In this document: one piece after another, positions 23,835 through 30,904 of the stretch
Layout: every line of letters begins with the position of its first letter
How positions within the stretch are numbered: position 1 is the first letter of the stretch
The notes under the pieces: model-generated
Told to the model about the DNA's origin: nothing
Database searches by the model: none
The model's input: only the letters and a program-made list of their open reading frames with translations
Made by a program: the position numbers and the translations under genes
Assembly: GCF_018336915.1 (NCBI RefSeq)
Contig: NZ_CP064923.1
Coordinates: 1,620,001 to 1,652,000, forward strand
DNA from: Acaryochloris marina S15
Lineage (GTDB): Bacteria; Cyanobacteriota; Cyanobacteriia; Thermosynechococcales; Thermosynechococcaceae
Length of the DNA stretch: 32,000 nucleotides
Reading direction: 5' to 3'

Positions 23835-23872
23835 GTTTCGGGCCAGCGCTGTTCAAGCGCTTGGCCCGAAAC
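23835..23872 (+). terminator. stem-loop immediately after the 1386-aa gene (candidate terminator)
   Basis: GTTTCGGGCCAGCGC (23835-23849), loop TGTTCAA, GCGCTTGGCCCGAAAC (23857-23872). This is a 15-bp stem with one bulged T, starting 8 nt after the stop codon. No clear U-tract follows. Confidence 0.55.
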
Positions 23873-23883
23873 ACTAGTTGTGA

Positions 23884-24276
23884 TTGCTTATGGATTCAAC
23901 AATGAACTATTTTGTAAAACTCTTTTTCCTGGTTGCACTCTCTTTCTCAGTCATTTTTTCCTCTGTAGGGATGGGATATGCCAGTGAAGTTCATCCTTAT
24001 TCTATGTGGCTCAAGCAAGGAGAATCGTTTGACCTCGAACAATATTTGTCGGTCAATGAATCAATGACAGCAGGTTGTAATGAAGACTGTTTTGATGTTG
24101 ATTTAATTTTGTATGACGCAACTAAAAAAGAAGTGGTGTATCAAGATATTGATGCCAATACTAATCCTAAGATTACGGCCCCCTATGATGGTGATTTTGT
24201 AGTCAACCTATCATTGCCAAATTGCTCACTCAGTAGAGGCTGCAAGGTTTGGCTTGACTTGGATGAGGAAGGGTAA
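23884..24276 (+). CDS. small secreted protein, possibly with a pre-peptidase C-terminal (PPC)-like beta-sandwich
   Basis: ORF of about 124-130 aa. The track start is TTG; ATG at 23890 or 23902 is more likely. The signal peptide is MNYFVKLFFLVALSFSVIFSSVGMGYA. The mature part, Y..WLKQGESFDLE...DCFDVDLILYDATKKEVVYQD....ITAPYDGDFVVNLSL, resembles the PPC-domain pattern (DxDLYLYD...G.Y.v.V). The gene is AT-rich. Confidence 0.6.
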   Translation: MLMDSTMNYFVKLFFLVALSFSVIFSSVGMGYASEVHPYSMWLKQGESFDLEQYLSVNESMTAGCNEDCFDVDLILYDATKKEVVYQDIDANTNPKITAPYDGDFVVNLSLPNCSLSRGCKVWLDLDEEG

Positions 24277-24601
24277 ACGAAGCTCTATATTTATCGACTT
24301 AAGGAGTACTTTTTCTAATAACGACAAGAAAAAGGAAGTCTTTCTCTTTATTTTTTCATATTTAAAGAATTATGCTGAAGATTTGTAAATCAAAGACAAA
24401 ATTCAGTAAGTATGGCAAAAATAGTATGTGCGTAGATATGACATCGATTTTGTATGATGCCATGTCTATGAAAGGGGGATTGTAGGTAATGATTGAAATA
24501 CTTTTCTCGGTTGTAATGAAAGTTCCTCAATGATCTGAACTGGGTACACTAAAGTGCAAGCTGAGCATCTCGTTCTACTCCTTTTTTAGCCGAATTTAGC
24601 C

Positions 24602-26512
24602 ATGACACTGAATACGCCTACATCCCCGACGGTGGATTTGCCTTCGAATGAAGAGTCGAAGGGCTTGATTTTGATTGTTGATGATACGCCCCATAACTTG
24701 CAAATCCTGTCCACGGCGTTAACGAAGCAAGGCTATCAGGTGCGAGGGGCAGCCAATGGCTCCATGGCTTTGATTGGGGCCAGAAATATCATGCCCGACT
24801 TGATATTGCTGGATATCAAGATGCCAGAAATGGATGGCTATACGGTGTGTGAGCGATTGAAGTCGGAAGCACAAACCCAAGAGATTCCAGTCGTTTTTAT
24901 TAGTGCCTTAGACGATGCCTTGGATAAGGTCAAAGCCTTTACAGTGGGTGGGGTAGACTATATCACCAAGCCTTTTCAACTGGCTGAGATTTTGGCTCGG
25001 GTGGAAAATCAACTGACCATTGGTCGGTTGCAAAAAGAACAGCGCAAACAAAATGAACGATTACAAGCCGAGGTGCGCGATCGCATTGCTGCCGAAGCCC
25101 AGATTCAAGCCCTCAATGCTGACCTAGAGGAAAGGGTAATCCAGCGGACAGAACGGCTGAATCAAGAAATTGCTGAGCGGGAAAAAGTGCAGCAGCAGTT
25201 GAAATATATGGCGATGCACGATCCACTGACGGATTTGCCTAACCGGACTTTGTTTCTCAACTGCCTAGAAGAAACCCTACAGGAAGCCCAGAGCCATTCT
25301 GATCAATCATTTGCCCTGCTGTTTCTTGATTGCGATCGCTTCAAAGCCATTAACGATTCCTTGGGGCATTTGGTTGGGGACCAGTTTTTAGTTGCGATCG
25401 CAAAACGGTTTCACCGCTGCGTGGGCGATCAGCTCCTCGCCCGCTTAGGGGGCGATGAATTCACCATTTTGCTCAAAAATGTCTCCAGTGAGCAACAGGC
25501 CACGGATGTGGCAGCTGCTATTCAGCGCAGTTTACTAGAGCCCTTCCATATTGGAGACAACGAATTTTTCGTCTCTGCCAGCATTGGCATTGTGATGAGC
25601 AGCCCGGACTATCGACAACCCACAGAGATGTTGCGGGATGCCGATACCGCCATGTATCGGGCCAAAGCCATGGGCAAAGCGCGGCATGTCGTCTTCAATG
25701 CCAGCATGCATGAAGATGTCCAAAGTACTCTCCAACTAGAAACAGACCTCCGTCGGGCCATCGAACGCCAAGAATTTATTCTCAACTATCAGCCCATTGT
25801 GGCCTTAGATACGGGCATGATTACAGGGTTTGAAGCCCTGGTTCGCTGGATTAGCCCGGAATTAGGATTTATCTCTCCTGGGAAATTTATCCCCCTCGCT
25901 GAAGATACGGGTTTAATTATTCCCCTAGGGGAGTGGGTATTGCGGGAAGCTTGTCGCCAGCTGAATGAATGGCAGGCGAATAAGGTGACGGATATTCCCT
26001 TGACCATGAGCGTCAATTTATCCGTTAAACAATTCTCTCAGCCCAACCTGATTGAAACGATTGATCAAATTTTGATCGAGACCCAGCTCCCCGCCGAATG
26101 CTTAAAGCTGGAAATCACTGAAAGCGCCATTATGGAGAATTCCGACTCGGCGGCCAAGATTCTGGAGCAGCTGAGAGACCGTCAGATTTACCTCAGCATT
26201 GATGATTTTGGCACGGGCTATTCTTCCTTGAGTTACCTGCATCGGTTCCCCGTCAATACCTTGAAAGTCGATCGGTCTTTTGTCTGTCGGCTGGATGCTG
26301 CAGACGATAACGTTGCCATTGTTCAAGCCATTGTGACCTTAGCCCAAACCATGGGGATGGATGTCGTCGCCGAAGGGATTGAGACGACTGAACAGCAACT
26401 CCAACTGGCGAACTTAGGGTGTGAATATGGCCAGGGATATCTGTTTTGCAGACCCGTTAATGCTGAGATAGCGAGTGAAATGCTAGCCAGCAAAAATCAC
26501 AAATTGTTCTAG
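24602..26512 (+). CDS. response regulator with c-di-GMP turnover output: REC - coiled coil - GGDEF - EAL
   Basis: 636-aa ORF. REC: ILIVDDTPHN, LILLDIKMPEMDG, FISAL, KPF. The coiled-coil linker is RLQKEQRKQNERLQAEVRDRIAAEAQIQALNADLEERV. GGDEF: LTDLPNR...RLGGDEF, with no RxxD five residues upstream. EAL: EALVRW, KLEITE, DDFGTGYSSLSYL, QGYLF. Confidence 0.93.
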   Translation: MTLNTPTSPTVDLPSNEESKGLILIVDDTPHNLQILSTALTKQGYQVRGAANGSMALIGARNIMPDLILLDIKMPEMDGYTVCERLKSEAQTQEIPVVFISALDDALDKVKAFTVGGVDYITKPFQLAEILARVENQLTIGRLQKEQRKQNERLQAEVRDRIAAEAQIQALNADLEERVIQRTERLNQEIAEREKVQQQLKYMAMHDPLTDLPNRTLFLNCLEETLQEAQSHSDQSFALLFLDCDRFKAINDSLGHLVGDQFLVAIAKRFHRCVGDQLLARLGGDEFTILLKNVSSEQQATDVAAAIQRSLLEPFHIGDNEFFVSASIGIVMSSPDYRQPTEMLRDADTAMYRAKAMGKARHVVFNASMHEDVQSTLQLETDLRRAIERQEFILNYQPIVALDTGMITGFEALVRWISPELGFISPGKFIPLAEDTGLIIPLGEWVLREACRQLNEWQANKVTDIPLTMSVNLSVKQFSQPNLIETIDQILIETQLPAECLKLEITESAIMENSDSAAKILEQLRDRQIYLSIDDFGTGYSSLSYLHRFPVNTLKVDRSFVCRLDAADDNVAIVQAIVTLAQTMGMDVVAEGIETTEQQLQLANLGCEYGQGYLFCRPVNAEIASEMLASKNHKLF

Positions 26513-26594
26513 GTTTTGCCTTGATTTAGGCATTCTTCAACTTTCTCTAGTGCCCGTTGGTTTCGGCTCGGTTGTCAGGTCAATGTAGGCGAAC

Positions 26595-28073
26595 TTAGCG
26601 CCGTTGAAACATGCTGAGGGAAAGAACATAGACATAACCGATCAAAAAGAGTAGCAAAAACGGTAGTGATAAGTAATGGGCATTAACGACTGCTACGCTA
26701 ATGGTCACGAGTAAATACGCCACCATAGATAGTTCCAAGTAGGGAACTAAATTTCTGGCTGCGCGGTATTTTCTGGTCTTCCAGTCTTCTTCATTACTAG
26801 TGACGCCATGCTTGGGCGTGCGGACAAAATCACGTCCCACCCGGAACAGGCCATCATAAACGGCTAGGGATTGATTAATACTGAGTCCAATCCCCACACT
26901 CATTAATAAAAACAAGTTGGAAGCCAATTTCCATGGAGATTGTTTACCCAGTTGCTCTTCTTGAGCCACTGAGTAAAAAGCCAACAGACTCAGGGTGGTG
27001 ACTAGGAATAGGGGGAGATGGATAGCTAGACCATATCGCCAGCCCGTTTGAGCGAGAAAGAGTTGGTAGGGTAAGGATAAGAGAAGCAGGGCTAAGAGCA
27101 GTAGGTAATTAAAGTTATTGGTGAGGTGGAAAAAGGCTTCCACTTTCACATGCCAGGGGGCTTGAGATTTCAGAATAGGCATCAGCAGCTTTTTGGCCAC
27201 TTGGCTGGCGCCTTTAGCCCACCGAAACTGCTGGGATTTAAAGGAATTCATCTCCATGGGCAATTCGGCTGGGACTACAAGATTAGGCAGGTAAACACAG
27301 TCCCACCCTTTGAGTTGTGCTCGATAAGAGAGGTCCAAATCCTCTGTTACGGTCGTATGCTGCCATCCTCCAGCATCTTCGATGGTCTGGATGCGCCAAA
27401 TCCCAGCCGTACCGTTGAAATTAAAAAAACAGCCTGAGCGATTCCGAGAGGTTTGTTCCGTGACAAAGTGCCCATCCAACATTAGGGCTTGGATTTCTGT
27501 GAGGATGGAATAATGGCGGTTAATATGTCCCCAGCGGGCCTGAACCATCCCCACCTTCGGATTCGCGAAATAGTGAACCATGTTGAGTAAGGTATCGGGG
27601 GCTGGCACAAAATCTGCATCGAAGATCATCACCAAATCCCCCGTGGCGGATTGCAGCCCGTAAGCTAGGGCACCTGCTTTATAGCCTTTGCGATCGCACC
27701 GGTGAATATAGTCAATATTGAGGTGGTGCTGCTTTAGCTCTCGCACCTTAGCTCGACAAATCTCCCGCGTTTCATCCGTCGAGTCGTCCAATACCTGAAT
27801 TTGCAGCTTATCAACGGGATACTCCAAGGCGGCAACGGCCTCTAGGAGCCGATCCACCACATACATCTCATTAAACAAAGGGAGCTGAATGGTGACCTGG
27901 GGCAGTTCAGCGTCGGAGAATTGATGTAGCGGCTGAATATCGCGACGACGATGCAGGTAATATCGCCAAATAATCGAAATTTTGTGGAAGCTGTATACGG
28001 CGATCAGCGTCAAAATACCAAGGTATAGTTCAGGAATAACACCTGAAACGCTATCAATGAAACTAATGCCCAT
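26595..28073 (-). CDS. membrane-bound GT2-family glycosyltransferase, CslA-like; candidate monoglucosyldiacylglycerol synthase (MgdA-like)
   Basis: 492-aa ORF with an N-terminal TM helix. GT2 motifs present: VLDDSTD, FDADF, TEDLDLS and QQFRWAKG (QxxRW). Several C-terminal TM helices follow. No PilZ domain is present. The size and topology match my memory of cyanobacterial Sll1377/MgdA-type enzymes; this specific call is unverified. Confidence 0.85.
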   Translation of the reverse strand: MGISFIDSVSGVIPELYLGILTLIAVYSFHKISIIWRYYLHRRRDIQPLHQFSDAELPQVTIQLPLFNEMYVVDRLLEAVAALEYPVDKLQIQVLDDSTDETREICRAKVRELKQHHLNIDYIHRCDRKGYKAGALAYGLQSATGDLVMIFDADFVPAPDTLLNMVHYFANPKVGMVQARWGHINRHYSILTEIQALMLDGHFVTEQTSRNRSGCFFNFNGTAGIWRIQTIEDAGGWQHTTVTEDLDLSYRAQLKGWDCVYLPNLVVPAELPMEMNSFKSQQFRWAKGASQVAKKLLMPILKSQAPWHVKVEAFFHLTNNFNYLLLLALLLLSLPYQLFLAQTGWRYGLAIHLPLFLVTTLSLLAFYSVAQEEQLGKQSPWKLASNLFLLMSVGIGLSINQSLAVYDGLFRVGRDFVRTPKHGVTSNEEDWKTRKYRAARNLVPYLELSMVAYLLVTISVAVVNAHYLSLPFLLLFLIGYVYVLSLSMFQRR

Positions 28074-28311
28074 ATAATGCTTATCGTTGATTGAATATAC
28101 TCAGAATTTGCAAAAAATCCTTGTCTCCTGGCCCTGTATAAGTAGGTGGAGGACTGTATTCTATCTCGCCCAGACTAGAGACAGCTTAATTCAATCTGAG
28201 AAGATAATTAGTTTCTGCCCTCGGGCAATCCTCCTTGAAATGGCGAGTTTGCTGATGCCAGAAAGCCTCAAACTGGAGTCTGATTTAATAGGTGTGAGTT
28301 TCCTTTAATAG

Positions 28312-28830
28312 GTGCAATATCAAAAATCTTATTCAGAATTCATCAGGAGAGAAGCCAATTTGTATGAGGGGGATGATATCGATTTTTTGTATGTGCTCCG
28401 TCCCCACGGCTGGAGTGATTTGCTCCTCTATGTGGGGGGAGAAATCCATCACCTTTGTATCACGCATGTCTTCTCCGACCCGATTGTGGATCTGAGCTAT
28501 CTCGCGAGCAGCCTACACCATCGGGTGCCTGCCATTGAGCTTTTTCTCTGGGATGAACCTGGAGGCTACAGGCTTCGGTTTAAGCAGTTTAATGAACAGC
28601 ATCATTGGTATGCTGTTCAACTCGCCAGCTTTCCGGAAGGTCCTCCCGAATCCAGTCAATGCATCGAAACCGTTTTGGTCGCGTTCAATATCAAAGCTGA
28701 CCATTTTGTGAAGCTGATTTATAGCCAACTGGAGAAAACCGCCAAGCTTTGTGAGGACAAGAGCTATCGAAAGCACCGTGATTTTTCCTACATGGAATTC
28801 AATCACCTTCGTCAGCAGCTCAGTGATTAA
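28312..28830 (+). CDS. hypothetical protein
   Basis: 172-aa ORF with a GTG start and no internal ATG alternative near the 5' end. I recognise no motif (…LYVGGEIHHLCITHVFSDPIVDL…LWDEPGGYRLRFKQ…). Composition is core-like. Confidence 0.6.
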   Translation: MQYQKSYSEFIRREANLYEGDDIDFLYVLRPHGWSDLLLYVGGEIHHLCITHVFSDPIVDLSYLASSLHHRVPAIELFLWDEPGGYRLRFKQFNEQHHWYAVQLASFPEGPPESSQCIETVLVAFNIKADHFVKLIYSQLEKTAKLCEDKSYRKHRDFSYMEFNHLRQQLSD

Positions 28831-28861
28831 TGTACTTTAAATGCAAAGCTCCACTGGACTT

Positions 28862-30532
28862 TTACTCATCATCTTCAATCTCTAAGAATCGATCTTGGGC
28901 AATGGCAAACCACAGTTGCTGGGCTCGTTTGCCTGGCAGATCGACATTTCGATACATCGGTAAATCATCCACCAATGTCTCTTCGACTCGTCGATAAAAG
29001 CGGCGTCTATTGACCTTTTTGCGGCGCAATTGTTGGTCTAAGTTTTTGCGATCGCGCAGTTGGTATTGGCCGATGCGATCGCGCACTTCAGGATTGAGCT
29101 TACCCATCGCTTCTAAAACCTGGAATCCCACTTCATCCCACTGTTCTCGCAAAGGTGCATCCCCTTCATTCCGGGTCAATGCTCGACCTTGATAGTTGGG
29201 ATATTCCAAGAAAAAGGCTTCGTTGGTGACCTGGTTGAAGTAGCGAGAAGACACTCCTAGGGCATCAATCCGCTCGAACAACCGGGCTTTTCGGGACAGC
29301 TCTTCCCGAGATAAAGAGGGCGGTGCTTTGGGTTGGGCAGGCTCTTTTTGACTGACAGGAGCGACGTTACTTGTATCGACGCGCTCACGGATAGCCCAGA
29401 TGACGCCGCCTAACAGAGTTGCGATCGCACCCAAAATCATCACTTGTTTCAGCAGGGTGATCGTCCAGTTTTGGACTTTATTGCCAACCTTAGTGACCAC
29501 TCCCGGCTCTTTCACTACAGGTTCAGCAACTACCGTATGCTGGGTGACCTCAGCCTTAAATTCGGCGATATCCGTTGGGGGCGGTGGCGGAAAATCGGAT
29601 GCGGTCTGATGGATCGGGGGAGGTGTAGGTAGTTTTCGTCCTGGAGAAGGGGTGGCCAGATGCCCTAGCTGCTCTAAATCTCTTAAGGCTCTTTGGGCAG
29701 AAGGATAGCGGGCATTAGCTTGGGTGGCGACCATCGTCTCTAAGATCCGCGCCAATTCCTCATCCACGCCGATATGCCGCCACTGGAAGGCCCGAATATT
29801 GGCATCATAAAACTCCTGGGGGTCTTGGCCCATCAACATCACTAGAGCCGTTACCCCTAAAGCATAGAGATCGCTATGCTCATAAACTTTGCCTAATCGG
29901 ATCTGTTCTTCTGGGGCATATCCAGGCTTCCCTAGAATGGTGGTCCCCCCAAATTTTTGCTCGGGGTTATTGGGGTCCACAAACTTGCCAAAACTGGCCG
30001 TAATTTGCTTAACACCTCCAAAGTCAATCAGAATCGGTAACCCATCCCTTTGCCGTTGGATCAGATTATCGGGAGAGATGTCACGATGGATTAACCCCTG
30101 GCGGTGAATGTAGTCGAGCACCGGCAAAAGTTGAGTTAAAAACAGATAGATTTCGGACTCGGTGTAGGTTTGCCCTTGTTTGACTCGTTCTCGCAGCAAA
30201 GCCTGATAGGTGTCCCCTTCAACATAGTCTTGGACCAGGCAGAGAGACCGATCCTGCGGTCCCATAAACCATTCTCGGAATTGAGGAATTTGGGGATGAT
30301 CCAGCTTATAGAGAACCGCTGCTTCCCGCACAAATAGCTCTTTTGCCTTTGTTAGCAGGATTTCACTACTTTCACTGGCTGGGGCAAATTCTTTGAGGAC
30401 ACATCGCTCATTGAATCGATGAATATCCTCGACCAAATAGGTACAGCCAAACCCACCCTGGCCAAGTTCCCGCACGATTCGGTAGCGGTTGGCAATGGTT
30501 GTAGCTGGGGGATGATACTGCTGCGTTGGCAT
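28862..30532 (-). CDS. membrane-anchored Ser/Thr protein kinase (Hanks type) with a C-terminal domain of unknown function
   Basis: 556-aa ORF. Kinase motifs: GQGGFGCTY (G-loop), VLKEF (Lys), HRDISPDN (catalytic loop), IDFGGVK (DFG), GYAPEE (APE). A Pro-rich linker follows, then one TM helix (ILGAIATLLGGVIWAI, residues about 357-381). The last roughly 150 aa form a basic domain I do not recognise. Confidence 0.94.
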   Translation of the reverse strand: MPTQQYHPPATTIANRYRIVRELGQGGFGCTYLVEDIHRFNERCVLKEFAPASESSEILLTKAKELFVREAAVLYKLDHPQIPQFREWFMGPQDRSLCLVQDYVEGDTYQALLRERVKQGQTYTESEIYLFLTQLLPVLDYIHRQGLIHRDISPDNLIQRQRDGLPILIDFGGVKQITASFGKFVDPNNPEQKFGGTTILGKPGYAPEEQIRLGKVYEHSDLYALGVTALVMLMGQDPQEFYDANIRAFQWRHIGVDEELARILETMVATQANARYPSAQRALRDLEQLGHLATPSPGRKLPTPPPIHQTASDFPPPPPTDIAEFKAEVTQHTVVAEPVVKEPGVVTKVGNKVQNWTITLLKQVMILGAIATLLGGVIWAIRERVDTSNVAPVSQKEPAQPKAPPSLSREELSRKARLFERIDALGVSSRYFNQVTNEAFFLEYPNYQGRALTRNEGDAPLREQWDEVGFQVLEAMGKLNPEVRDRIGQYQLRDRKNLDQQLRRKKVNRRRFYRRVEETLVDDLPMYRNVDLPGKRAQQLWFAIAQDRFLEIEDDE

Positions 30533-30904
30533 TCAGATGCACTCCACATCGGCAGATTGAAACAGAGCAGGGTAAGGAACGGGGAAGCGCAATTTTTAGG
30601 GTGAGATTGAGGGCCAAGTTAAGTTATTGGCATCTTAGCAAACCCATCATTAGGAATTTTGGAGGTTATGACGCTTCTCGATTCTTTACAAAGGCTAACA
30701 AACCTATTTGCAAGTGGGTGTCATTTCAATCACTGCCTCTCCGGTGGCTCTATCACAGTCTCCGTAATCAACATAGACGTTTCTGAATGCCCTCTAGGTT
30801 CCCGATTTCGTCTCTTTTGGGTCCTAGGATTAGGAATAAAGGTGTCAATTTGACATCCCTCGTATACCATGTAGCCAACAGAAAGCGGTTTGTGAACAGG
30901 GTTT

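Noticed and set aside
26595-28073. Calling the GT2 enzyme a BcsA-type, c-di-GMP-activated cellulose synthase
   Set aside because: It has no PilZ domain and no bcsB-like neighbour. At 492 aa it is much shorter than BcsA. An MgdA/CslA-like enzyme is the more conservative reading.
28087-28308. 73-aa plus-strand ORF (TTG start) between the GT2 gene and the 172-aa hypothetical gene
   Set aside because: It has a non-ATG start and occupies the divergent promoter region. Its composition is not protein-like and it has no motif.
30659-30853. 61-64-codon ORF with a GGAGG upstream of the HerA-like gene
   Set aside because: The spacing between GGAGG and the ATG is only 2 nt. The product (…CHFNHCLSGGSITVSVINIDVSECPLGSRFRLFWVLGLGIKVSI) has no recognisable features. 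Overlapping ORFs exist in other frames. I mention it in a finding but do not call it a gene.
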